The notes beneath the pieces are model-generated. The model had not been told where the DNA came from and did no database searches. It saw only the letters and a list, made by a program, of their open reading frames with translations. Below are positions 10,501-23,485 of a stretch of DNA of 49,603 bases, piece by piece (within the stretch, counting starts at the first letter, position 1; each line of letters opens with the position of its first letter). Source of the stretch: Octopus bimaculoides (lineage: Eukaryota); the NCBI RefSeq assembly GCF_001194135.2, contig NC_069000.1, positions 13,786,856 to 13,836,458 of the forward strand, given 5' to 3'. The position numbers were made by a program, and so were the translations under genes.

Positions 10501-12495
10501 TCAGTTAATGTAATCTGATTAGTAAAAACAAAATATTAAATTTATTCACACACAGTATACATGTATATACACTACTATAAATTAAAAAAATAATAATTGT
10601 AGAAGAATAGATATTCTGAATTACTCTGTGGCTTTAGACGTTAGAATTTTGACTTTCATTATTTTTAACAATGTTATGATATCCTGCCATCAACATTGTA
10701 ACAGTAATACATAGGGAGGGATGCTCCTCCTTGTGATGTATAGACATTCTCTTTCTCTGCCTCCCCTTCCTCCAACACCCACACTACTATCATTGTTATA
10801 TAGTTAGATTGAGACAAAAACATACAAACTAGAAAAGAATTCTGGTTTTATGAATACTAATGAACAAAACAATCTAATTACACAGAAATATTTTTAATCC
10901 CCAATAAAGTTTCAGAATGGCATTGTATAATACTGGATTTATTGATATCAAAGCATATTGTGATTGTTTAAGTGTTGTCAATGTGGTTGTGAAAATACTG
11001 AGAAAATTTATGAAAAATACTGATAAAAATAAAATAGATCAAGACATTTGCAGTTGGCATGAAAGACACTAAGTTATCAGGCCAGACGAATTTTAATAAA
11101 ATTCTTGTGAATTTGAAAAGTTTACAAATCTTGTAAATAGTATCAATAGAATAGATAAAAATCATTATAGTGCATAATATATATATATATTGTCATTGTT
11201 ATATTGTTGTTGTGGACTAGCTAGAAATATAGTTTCAGTTAAAAATCTCATTAGAAAATGAAAAATTGTAATGAAAAAAAAAATGTGAAATTCAAAGATA
11301 GGAATATCAAATGATTAAAACCTCATCACTCCTGAAGAAAATCTCTTATTCGAAAATATATAAATATATCTAGAAATCATTTCCATAAATATATTAATGC
11401 TTTATTCTCTGCATTCCATATAGAGAATATGAAATGATCTGGTTTTTGGTAAAATATATACAGTACTCATTAGTCAACGTTTAAATTGTTTCTACCAAAT
11501 CATTTTTGAAATGCAAATAGTGAAAATAAATATCACTTTATGCATCATACTAAATAAAGCACAGTGGCTGGCTGTAACACACTAAGGTACTGTGCTGAAC
11601 TGCTGGATTCAGTGTCTTGAGTTCAAACCCTTTTACAGCCATTATGATATCCCTTAGAAATAATTTGTTCCCTCTAGAAATTTGAAGAAACAATTAAAAG
11701 TTACCACATGGCACCAGCATGAATCAGTTCAGTTAAAAAAAATAATCATATGTTTTGGTGAGCTATGAGAAGAAATGTGTAATGTTTAGAACAGGGTTTC
11801 TCACCGTATAAATATTGGATCTTGTTTCTTGAAATATCAAATTCTTTTTCTTTTAGGACAATATATATACCGAGGATGCTGAAATTTGTATCCCTCAGTC
11901 ACTATGAAAGGTTGATGTAGCTCAAGTTTCACATTTTAAGGTTTAGGGAAAGAACAGTAAAATCATTTGTTCTTAGTTATAAAAAAAAATAATTAAGTTC
12001 TAGTAATTTTAACGTGGATCAGTAGACATACAGTCTGTGATATTTAATTTAAGAATTCCCTAGCAAGGCCTTAAAGGAAATCTAATTAAATATAAAGGGA
12101 AGTAATTACATAGTTAAGTAATTTTTTGGATTTGTACATTGAAATCTTTCAGAAATATATGCAAAACAGAAAATAAGATATAACAGTATAAAGTTCTAAT
12201 GTCATCAAATTTTAAATAATGTATTTTAGAATAATCATTTTAATAATGCAATACCAAAATGTTTAAATATACATTTTCATGCAACACCATTTCAAGTTAT
12301 TTTATTTTAAGCAAAGTGGTTACTTTTTAAGATATTTTTTGTTGAATGAATTGTTTTAATTTTTTCAGAGAGGAATTTTTTTTTTCATTTTGTTTTACTA
12401 ACTGAGTCTAAATATTTCCATATTCAAAATGGTTTTGATGAAATAAATTGAAAGAAATAGCTTGATGCTCATTCATAAAATTGATACAGCTATAC

Positions 12496-12549
<54 letters not shown>

Positions 12550-12641
12550 TTATATGTATGTGTGTATATGTATGTTGTATGTATATATGTGTATATGTAT
12601 ATACGTATAATATGTATGTATTGTTTGTATGTGTATGTATG

Positions 12642-12672
<31 letters not shown>

Positions 12673-13070
12673 GAATATATGATAGTATGTATTGCTTGTG
12701 TGTATACATATTCTGTGTATTTGTATGTATGTATTGCTTTTATATATATATATATGTATGTNNNNNNNNNNATGTATTGCTTTTATATATATATATGTAT
12801 GTGTATGTATAGATATGTATATATATCTATACATACACACGTGTTTGTATTGCTTTTATATATGTTTGTAAGTATTGCTTATATTGCTTGTGTGTGTGTG
12901 TGTGTGCACATGCATATAAAGAAACATGAAATATATGTTTGTTTATATGCATATATAGATATATATATAATGTCACACCATTGTTATGAATGTGTTTGTA
13001 TGTAAGTACATGTATACATGTATGTGTGTGTGTGTATGTATACACATACAACACACACACACACACACAA
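12496..13070. repeat. Compound (TA)n/(TG)n/(TATG)n microsatellite with recurring GTATTGCTT spacers
   Basis: Direct reading. It gives rise to the spurious YIYI/VCVC ORFs at 12462-13090. Confidence 0.95.
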
Positions 13071-15279
13071 ACATGAGAACATAGTTTCAAGTATTGATAG
13101 TTCTTATTAGCAAAAAAAAAAAAAGAAAGAAAATGAATTCTCTGCCTTAATTATGTGTATAGTTATGTACTTCTTCCTTAACTTTGTTAACTGGTTAAAA
13201 TATCCTTTATGTGAAATATTATTTTATGTATCCTAAAACAATTCAGTAAACCCAGAACCTGACAATTGGTCTCAAACTGCATTTAAAACAAACCATTGTA
13301 TGAAAGATTCTGCCTCTGTTATCTGACAGTGGATGCTTCTAAAAAGAATTTGTTTTTATCTGTTATTGCTGTTCTGTTCGTCAATAATCTTAATCACAAT
13401 TACTCATTTTTAATCATTTTCTATAATTTTGTTTTAACATGATATACATAATCCCATTTAACAAAATTATCTGTGAACATTAAATTTTTGCTCATATAAA
13501 ACAAAAGAGAAATACAATCTATAGAAATGAAAAGATCTGATAAATTTCTCACAAGAACTAACTGTATCAGCTGTATATGTAGGCATATTTCTTAACAGCA
13601 CTGTGTCCAACTGCACAATCATTTAATCTTTGGCTTTCTTTACCTATAGATATAACGAAAGACTTTTGTTTTTATTTTGACATGCTTTTTAATAAAGTTG
13701 ATTTCTGGTGCATATTTAGTTAATTTAAGTAGGAGATACTGAAGAAAATATTATGATTATTCTGATAAAGGAAGGGAAAAAAATCTGATAAGATAGATTA
13801 ATATCTATGTGTATATAATTTGAGCAGAATATAGAAATTGGGTTTTAAATAAGAAATGATTTACAGAATTAGTAAAAATTAACAAGCAAAGTTTAGTGTT
13901 ATATGTGTGTATATGTGATTTTACATATGTGTGTGTGAGAGAGATAAAGCACATTCGCTATAAGGTTATGATATTGGACAGTTGGCCAATGGATTTTAGT
14001 TTAAATCTTATTTCAGCTAATGTCTTGAATCCCTGGGCATGGTATTTAACTTTCCTTGATTTAAGTGATCAGCTCTGAAAGTAATTGCTCAATTAAAATT
14101 AAGATGTCCAGATATACATAATTATCTATATGATAGTTTCAGACCATACCACAAATCAAATGAGATATCATCATATATATATACATAGACAATCAAATCA
14201 CCCACTTTGTATATTGAGAAACTTGGTTGACAATATTAGTAAATGGATATCCTTGGTATCTTCCCATGAAGATGTTTTTTATGGGTGCAGCTGAGTATTG
14301 TAAGGAGGCGCTAAGAAATAATGTTTTAGGACATGGAAAAGTTAATGTCAAATAATAGGAACAATAAGAATGTTTTGCTTAATCACAATGATATACAAGA
14401 TAGACATAACCAAAAATACACTGTCAGCTTAAAAGTTGTAGGCTGTGGTTGCTGAATTCCAAGTCAGCATTCATCAAGCTGGCTTGTAGTCTTTCAGAAT
14501 ATTCTAGTGCAACAGGATCTGTTCTGCCCTAACATGTTTATTTAAGAAGATAAGGTGTGATTTAAGGGAGTTTTGGCTGCTAATTGTAGTAGGTCAAGTA
14601 AAACTGAATAAAGGCGCTTTTGTTTTCATGCTGTGGCTTCACATTCTGAACACTCCACATTCCTGTTTAAATTATGTTTCTAGACTCCTTGCTAAAGCAT
14701 GAGTATTATAACATTATATTCATCCTTATGTATAATTCTGTGGCTTCATGCCTATATAAGATACTGTCATATAGGTAATAGGAACTGATATGGTTCTAAT
14801 AACAGTAGAAATATATTTAAAGATATGCTTTCAATATATATATCTTTAAATTAGGCATAATCTAATTTTGCAGCAATAAATGTTATTTTGTCATGAAATC
14901 ATCCCATATTTAATTTAGAATTATAAAGTTTATAATTGTGAAATTTATCAAAATGCAGATTGTTCAAATGGTTCAAAGTTAAATATAGGTTCAACAAAAT
15001 TCTTAATGTGCTTAGTTTTAGAGTAAAGTGGGATCTTTAATTGTTTTAATTCATGTTTCAAAACGAGCATATTATGAAACATTAATTTTAATGATAGCAG
15101 CAATTTTTCTTTAATTTATTCCATACTGTACATATACAAATAATAAACAGCAGTAGATAATATTCTTTAAGTTAGAAAACAAAGTTGTCTTAAAATTATA
15201 TGAATGTGCATATGTATGTCTATGTGTATGTGTGTATGATATGTATGTATACATATACATGCATATGTGTGTGTGTGTG

Positions 15280-15315
<36 letters not shown>

Positions 15316-15479
15316 ATCATCATTTTACATCCAAGCTACACTACCGTGGTCTGGATGGTCTAACCCATTGGAGTCTTGTTGAATTATCCAGTCCATGCCA
15401 ACATGGAAAACAGACAAAGATGAAGATGATGTGTGTGTATATTTGTATGTATAGTTCACATACACACACACATACATGC

Positions 15480-15552
<73 letters not shown>

Positions 15553-15712
15553 GAGTGAGTATGTGTAATTATATATGTGTATGTATGTGTGTATAGGTAG
15601 ATAGATAGATAGATAGATTGTTATTCTTTTAAAGCTAGTTTCAGAATAATAATGTGAGCAGGGTCAAAATTATTCTAAAGCCCCTGTCAACTTGAACTTA
15701 TTTATGCATGTA

Positions 15713-15757
<45 letters not shown>

Positions 15758-15860
15758 ATAATATTAGGGACAAAATCCAAAATTACAGGTAAAAAACTCA
15801 ATTAAAATCAATTTATAAAAAATTAAAATTAAATTGAACCTTATAGATAAAGTATATATA

Positions 15861-15905
<45 letters not shown>

Positions 15906-16303
15906 CACACGCATACACACACACACACACACACACACATATATGTGTGTGTGTGGACTGAGAACTTTCTAATTTCATGAAAGATCTTTTGCAAATAACC
16001 TTGTTGGAAGGATTTTTTGATCAGATCAGTGAAAAAAGAAAAACATACCACTTCATTCATTTGCATACTGTATAAAACAAGAGACGGCTGCTCCAACATT
16101 TGCCATTATTTATAGAGTTGCGCATCTGGGATAGTATTTCCTCTATTTACATCAGGCAATGCAGGAAGTGCTGTTTCTCTCTTTCTGGTGCTGCATGTAT
16201 ATGGTTGGTGTGGATGTTTTTTTGATTTCCTTAGAGCATTACTACATGCACCCCTTTATATATGTCAGTTGGAACACATTCTGTATGGAGTTCTGGTTTA
16301 AGG

Positions 16304-16347
<44 letters not shown>

Positions 16348-16446
16348 CATTAATGTAAATCTGCACATACAAGCATTCATATATATACAAACATGTATGT
16401 GCATTTGCATGTGTGAATGTATCATACTGTTATGGTTGTGTGTACG

Positions 16447-16478
<32 letters not shown>

Positions 16479-18149
16479 CGTATGTGTATACTTATGTAAA
16501 TGTATACATGTGTACAAACGACTGTGTGTGTGTATCAGTGGGTGTGTGATGTATACGATGGAGTTTGAACGTTAAAATGTCATCAAACAAACCAGGGTAC
16601 ATCATAAACAGCAAATGTAAAATCTGAACTTTGACATCCTCTGGTTTAGAGTGTCACTAAATGTGATGGAGAACAGCATTAAAAATTTTTTTAAACACAC
16701 ATAGGCCCTATGGACCTGTATTTTCTACTGGCATTTACTGTTATGTTTCGAAGGTTTGGTTAGTAAGGTTATACTGAAATAATAAATATGCATTATAAGC
16801 CTGTCTTAAAATAACAGTTCAGTAAAATTAGCCGACATTTACCAGTGCCATTTGCAACAGTTGACAAACACTAATCAATCATCCGGGGCCCCATGGTGTA
16901 TGTGTTTTTTTTTTTTATACTGTCTCATCAAAGTGTTCTATAGATAAGCAGCATGTAATTAACATACTGGTAGTTATGTTTTGTGGTATGCCAGTTTGCA
17001 TTGGTCAGACCATTCACAATAAACTTTGAAGTTACATGTACTTTTAAACATTTAAAGGCAAGGCTTCTGGGAAAAGCTCAGGTTGTCACTCTTTTATAAG
17101 CTGCAACATTTCTTGTGAAGATTTGTTCATAAGTCAAACCAAAATTAACATTTGTAACCTAGTGTTATGAAATATTGCCAAATTTTACACAATGAGTACA
17201 GCTCAAAGCCTACATACACATGAAATGTTGCTAGTTTTATAGGTGTGTGCAATTGAGTACACTAAATATGCATTGAATAAAGGGCCTTTGACTGGATGCA
17301 GTCAAAATAATGTTTGAGAAACCAGTGTCAGCACATGTTTAAACAGTCACCATTGATAATATATATTATCTACATATGGGTGAAATAAACATCAGGGATG
17401 ATTTTTCCCCACACAGAAACCGCAGGAGCTACTCAGAGGTAGTACAAACTCATCTAAATCCCATCACAATGTCAGAAACGCTTCTATATGATCACTAGGG
17501 GATCACTAGGGTTACAAGTATTTTACACCTTAGCCTGTACACTTTTCTGAGTGGAAAGCACCTCATCTGTGAATTTCACGTTACTTTCGTTATTATACTT
17601 GTATAAGGTATTGAGGTCTTTCTATAAGTTATTGCCAGCATTGGGACTGAATAAATTGACTTAATAATTTATCATCATTAGACTGACTAGTGAGAGCGGC
17701 TGTTCTAATGACAATAGAGATATTTACAAAAGCTATTACAAATAGCAATCGTCCGAAGATAGTTGTTACTTGAGACTCCCCTCTCATAATTGCTGACTAT
17801 TTGAAAGGAGAGTTTGCTGCAACAACTTAAAAAGTCACATGACCATTCTCCTGGTATTTCAGCTACTTTATGATATGGAGATATTCTATGACTATGTTTG
17901 AGTGGTTCAGCAACTGGTCTACACAGTGGGCTCAAAACCCAGATCCTTCAGTTATGTCTTCCATATACTCTGACTGACCTAAGCCTTGTAAGTGAAATTT
18001 GTTAGAAACTATATTGAAGCTCATAATATATGTATAAGTATATAAATAAGATACGTGTTAGCAAAAAGTTTTGAGCAATGCAGGTGTGGATATAAGCCAA
18101 GTATGTAAGGTGATGTCAATGGATGAAAACAAAAAGAGAAAAGATCTTG

Positions 18150-18407
18150 TATTACCTTACATATTTAATTTGTATTATCTTAGATACTTAATGATCCTTT
18201 AAATATTTCAGGAAAAAATTCCCCTTTTCAAACAGAAGTAAGAAAATAAAGAATTTAAAGCAGGCCATTCTAGTATGTTTCCACAAACTCTAGAATGGCC
18301 TGTTGTTTACAACACATTCCACCATTATTTTCTTCCCTATATTTGAAAAAAAAGGAATCCTTTCTTGAAATGTTATAGGACCGTGAAACAACCTACTTAA
18401 GGTAATA
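18150..18407. mobile_element. Fold-back MITE (~258 bp)
   Basis: Ends TATTACCTTA (18150-18159) and TAAGGTAATA (18398-18407) are reverse complements. Imperfect internal arms (TTCAGGAAAAAATTCCCCTTTTCAAA..AAGAAAATAA versus TTATTTTCTT..TTTGAAAAAAAAGGAATCCTTTCTTGAA). Central perfect 13-bp inverted repeat at 18261-18302. Confidence 0.7.
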
Positions 18408-18610
18408 AATTATCTTTCCTCTCTTTGGTTTTTATTCCTAGACATCACCTAATATATTTGCATAAACTGCTCACCTGCATTGTTCAGAGGAGTTTACAAA
18501 CACTTATTTCATTTACATATGTAACAATGCTTCAAGTAAATTACAGTACTTTTTTACATACATGTATATGTGCATATGTGTATATATGCATGTATATGTG
18601 TGTTTGTATG

Positions 18611-18647
<37 letters not shown>

Positions 18648-18672
18648 GCATATATATATATGNNNNNNNNNN

Positions 18673-18712
<40 letters not shown>

Positions 18713-18951
18713 TTATATATAGGGTGAGGCATGACAGAATTGTTGTATTAAACAAAGAATATTTGTGGTATTTCATTCCACTTTGCTTACATTCCTTCAT
18801 ATCTTGCTCAAATTTGTTGTTCTACCTTACATATTTGGTAAAATAATTGCCAAAGTATTAGGATGAATATAAATAATTAAATTAGGATCAATATAATTAA
18901 TTAAACCCTTTGAAATTGGGCTGTGCTCCAATGACTGAAATTAGCATGATT

Positions 18952-18985
<34 letters not shown>

Positions 18986-19246
18986 GTGTGCGTGTGTATG
19001 AATATATAAAATTTGGTGTCATAAAATCACAAAACAGAACTAAATACACAAAGGAGAGATTTTATAGTTCTGGTATGTAATGTAACTGAAGGGCCTAGAG
19101 ATTCCATGCAATACACTTACCAAAGTTTGATGAGTTGCTTTAGCATGATCTATTAGGCCCTTGAGTCACTGCAGTTCCTCAGCTAATTATTTTAGCACAT
19201 CTGTTGTGGGCATTAAAGATGTGAATTCGATTCTTATATATATACA

Positions 19247-19284
<38 letters not shown>

Positions 19285-19560
19285 GTATGTATGTATGTAT
19301 ATATATATATATATAGGTATGGAATTAGTGCTTTTAATGGTAGTACTCTACAACTGGTTGGATTTAGTATTCAAAGAATACAAACATTGTTGAAATAAAT
19401 TTTGATTCCACATTTATTCAATATTGTATGAAGAAAGCTTAGTCTCATCAGCATACACACATACACATACATACACTTATACATGCAAATACACAAAACA
19501 TTTTTTCAAAAATGATGATTTTTCACTTAAAATCTAAATGACTTTATGTTCTGTTTGTAT

Positions 19561-19994
19561 AATTATAATTATTTTATTAACGCCCTGCGCTCTCTGTGGA
19601 GCATAGGCCATCGACAACTTTTCTTCACTGTTCTCGATTCTGGGCTATCTTTTCTGCTTCTCTCTAGTTGGATCCTTGCTTTTCCAGCTTTGCTTGAACT
19701 GAATGTTCCCAGCTGATAAGAGAGTCTTCTTTGCCCAGGCCCTGTTGGTTTTGAATTGTCATCGATGCTTTTCGTAAACTTTGCTTTTTTTCTAGAGTAG
19801 GGTTGCTGGCCCTACAGAAATCCATTTTTTTTTTACCTCTAGGAAGAGGTGGTCCATATTAGTCTGACCCCTGTCCTTTAGCTTGTCCGTCATGGGAGAC
19901 TCTACCAGGAGCTTGCACTTCACTGGCATAGCCCTCAAGGTCATTGAGGCACATAAGCCACCACTCCACAACAAGGACTGGACCTCGTAGGGGA
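19561..19994 (-). mobile_element. RTE-derived short non-autonomous retroposon (5' UTR-like part joined to 3' end)
   Basis: On the minus strand, a GC-rich RTE-like 5' UTR (GGTGGCTTATGTGCCTCAATGACCTTGAGGGCTATGCC..GGTCAGAC) is followed within about 300 nt by EAEKIAQNREQ*RKVVDGLCS, the typical RTE ORF C-terminus (AQDR..WR.LV.GLC), and a TAA-rich tail. Confidence 0.65.
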
Positions 19995-21100
19995 TAATTA
20001 TAATTACATGAGGCTAATCCATGAAGTTCTTTGTGATTCTAATTCAATTAAATTTCAATGTATGATTTATATGATAGCTTTCTTATTGTAACAATTTTAC
20101 CAAAAATTATGATATGGTTAGTGCCTTAATTAATTCTCAACGTTGTTCTTTATAGTGATTTTTATCAGTTTATATGTATATATATATTTTTAAATACTAC
20201 ATTGTGTGTGTATGTATGCCTGTGTGTATTTATAGCTGGTATGAATATATATAGATAATATCAAAGCATCTGTAAATACATGTATATATTTGTTTGTAAA
20301 TCTATGTATTTATATCTCTAAATACATATGTCCATATGTCTTTTTCCCCAGTTCTTAAGTTATCATGCCATCCAGTGTTCATATTTTCTTTTCTCATTCA
20401 ATGATCTGGCAGTAACAGATAGACTTTGCTTTGCTGATGTGATCTAATAAGACTGGTACATGTCCAGAGTTGTCCTTCTACTGCCAAAGATTAGACTCAT
20501 CACTGCATTTTACTTTAAATTAATTTAAATTTTGAGGTTGATTCCTCATTATCTCTGGACCAGAATTAATTATTACAATAATTTTTTTTGTTTCTCATCA
20601 CTACGGGTGAAATAAGAATTAATTAAAATTTCTTAGTTCATAATATTATTTATGTTAGCACCTATTTAAATATAATTATCTATGTTTGTGCCTACTTCAA
20701 CACACACACATATATATATAATGTATGTATGTATGTATATGTATTTATATATGTATGCATGTTAGCACATACTTTAACACACATATACGTTTGTAATATT
20801 GCTATCTATGTACATGTCTCTGTAAGAACTTATGAGTCTAGGTTTTATCTCCAGGTTAAGTAGCATTAAATACATGCACAATATATCTATCCTGATTAGG
20901 GATCTTTTCCGGAAACAACTGGATGAACTCAAGTGCACAGAATAAAGTACTGCCTAGAGACAGAATTGAACTCCAAAACCACAAGTTTAGCCAGTTGACC
21001 ATTTTGCTTGAGTTTTTGTGTTTCATAGTGCATGTATGCATGAATATGTACATGTTTCTATCTGTATGTGTGAGTACATGATGTGCATGTGTTGTGTGAG

Positions 21101-21143
<43 letters not shown>

Positions 21144-21550
21144 NNNNNNNNNNAAATATATATGCACAAACACAGATGCAATGATAATATTATGCAGCTC
21201 TAATGCAAACTTCATCAATCTAATCTAAGTTCCAGTGTGCTGTACAGTTGTGCAAGATATTAAATGTATATTATTCTAATGTATAGAAAACAATACTCTT
21301 AAGTTCTCTATGGATAAAAAAGATTTTAGTTAATATTTTCAGATAGTTCACTATTTTCTAATAGCTATTACCTGTGTATGCCATATTTTAGAGTTATATA
21401 CACTTTCTCCATGACTATTTTCTACTGGTAATGGATAAAGGTTGAAACAGTTCTTGGGAATAAGGTTGAAGGAGCTGAGTCAAATGAGGACAAGTGTTTT
21501 GGAATGTATACATTCTTTTATTGGTAACCATTCTAAACTGACTAATATGG

Positions 21551-21554
<4 letters not shown>

Positions 21555-21634
<80 letters not shown>

Positions 21635-21744
21635 CATACATATATACATATATATATACATACATATATATATGTGTGTGTATATATATATATATATATA
21701 CATACGTACATATATACATATATATATATACATACATATATATA

Positions 21745-21790
<46 letters not shown>

Positions 21791-21930
21791 CACACACACA
21801 TATATATATATATACATATACACATATATTCATATATATATATATACATATATATACATATACACACATATATGTATATATATATATATATATATATNNN
21901 NNNNNNNATATATATATATATATATATATA
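21555..21930. repeat. Long (TA)n/(CA)n/(TACA)n compound microsatellite
   Basis: Direct reading; contains a 10-N gap. Source of the overlapping YIYI ORFs at 21415-21970. Confidence 0.95.
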
Positions 21931-22622
21931 TAGGACAATATTACCTAATATGTCCTTTCTAACTTTTTAAGAAAGGTCAAAGCTTATGAAAGATGGTGCT
22001 GGCATGGCTGAATGGTAAAGAATTTCATTTTGCAATCAAAAGGTCCTTTTTTCATTACCTCAGAAAAAGCTGGTGGAAACTGTTTGGAAGCCCATCAGAT
22101 GGGCTGTAATGGTCATTTGAAAGGTCAGCCTTGTCACACACTGTCACATTGATTCTCCATGAGAATTAGATTAAGAGTATCCGCATTTGTAGAATACTCG
22201 ACCACTTAGGAATTCAATGAGTAGGCTATTCTGTTGATGTAACTACTGGAATACTCAAAATTGAAACCAGTGGATATTCATTTATATTTATGAAGAAAAA
22301 AAAATTGAAACTAAAAAAAATTGTAAAATAACTTTTAATATTATCAGAGCAAAATGACTTTAAAAAAAACACGGTATAAAAAAGATTGAAATTTATGAAA
22401 TAGTGAAATATGAAAGTAATCTCAGGTTTCACTACTTTCCTTGTTATACATGAACAATGATTAATTCATTTCTTTAAAATTCTATTTGCTATACCAATAT
22501 TGTCAGTTTAGACTGATGAGCAAAAGTGATAAAGAAGTGTTTCGTTTTTTTGGGGGTTTTTTTTGTATTTGGTGTGTGAGATTCTTGGTGTGTTGAAACA
22601 GACTTTGTTTTGTTATATCTAG

Positions 22623-22823
22623 GGAGAATCATTATGCCAATAATAAACACAGTGATAAATGACCACAAAAGGACTTTGACAAATCTAGCTGACTGGTTAA
22701 TTGACAAATCAAACACTCAGTTAGTGAATAGGTTAAATGCTAAACTAATTGACTAATAATAATAAATGAAGTGAGATACAACTAGTGTGTGTGTGTCTTT
22801 TATTTTTGGCATAATGACTCTCT
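22623..22823. mobile_element. MITE-like element with 23-bp terminal inverted repeats
   Basis: GGAGAATCATTATGCCAATAATA (22623-22645) versus the reverse complement of TATTTTTGGCATAATGACTCTCT (22801-22823): 20 of 23 match. A relative lies at about 41190-41480. Confidence 0.65.
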
Positions 22824-23341
22824 GAAGGTACAACAAGATGAAGAAGTAAATGTAAGTCTGAAGATGGAGACAGAAAATAGGAGTGGAAGTATCCACAGTG
22901 AATAAAAGCAGCAGAGAGTAAACTGTGGGTTTGGATCAAAAATGGTTGTTCAAAATGAACAGATAAAAGCAATATTTTTATTAAAATATATTAAAATTGG
23001 AATTTTTAAGATTTTACTTTCATTCTAGATTAATCCAAAAGGTTGTTTAGAGTTTTGATTACATATATATATAGAAACTTGTATTAACATTGTAAGATAT
23101 ATGTGTATGCCCTTTAAATCAAGTTCCAATTGAACAAGACTCTCCTAATAAAGAGACAAGATCTTTTGTTAACATTCAAATTACAATTTTAAATAATATG
23201 ATTTTCTTTCATTAATGTGTTGTCTGTCTTGCATTGCACCACTTATTGGTCAGATTGGAAAAAAATTTAGATCAGTTGTTTCTTATCTTTCTCTGAGATA
23301 TTTCTGAAGCTTATTTCATAAACATTTAATAAAATCATAAT

Positions 23342-23485
23342 AATTGCAGCATGGAAGGTGTTTATAAGCCATTTAAAAACACACAAAAACAGTTAGATTC
23401 ACTTCAACATTTAAATTTAATTTGTCAAAATATTTTCGTCACTTTGAAACTACGACCTGTTCACTGACAAAATTCTGTGCTGCAT
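23342..23485. repeat. Dispersed repeat, copy 2 (inverted relative to 2128-2273)
   Basis: Its reverse complement aligns along its length to 2128-2273; several differences are CpG transitions. Confidence 0.85.

Noticed and set aside
11857-11910. Possible small exon after TTCTTTTTCTTTTAG
   Set aside because: Good acceptor but poor donor (GTTGAT) and no coding similarity.
12728-12805. Direct repeat on both sides of a 10-N gap
   Set aside because: Likely overlapping contig ends, an assembly artefact.
16059-16077. Octamer ATTTGCAT next to TATAAAA as a promoter
   Set aside because: Both are common by chance in AT-rich DNA, and no downstream snRNA or exon was identified.
17287-17306. 8-bp perfect hairpin TTTGACTG-GATG-CAGTCAAA
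   Set aside because: Too short to exceed chance expectation in 50 kb.
17397-17411. DDFSP resembling the KIAA0513 DDFGPAKNLM motif
   Set aside because: Flanking residues (HRNRRSY) do not match and there is no exon structure.
17490-17511. GATCACTAGGG duplicated in tandem, plus a similar ~24-bp duplication at 36709-36754
   Set aside because: Simple slippage duplications with no spacer structure; not CRISPR-like.
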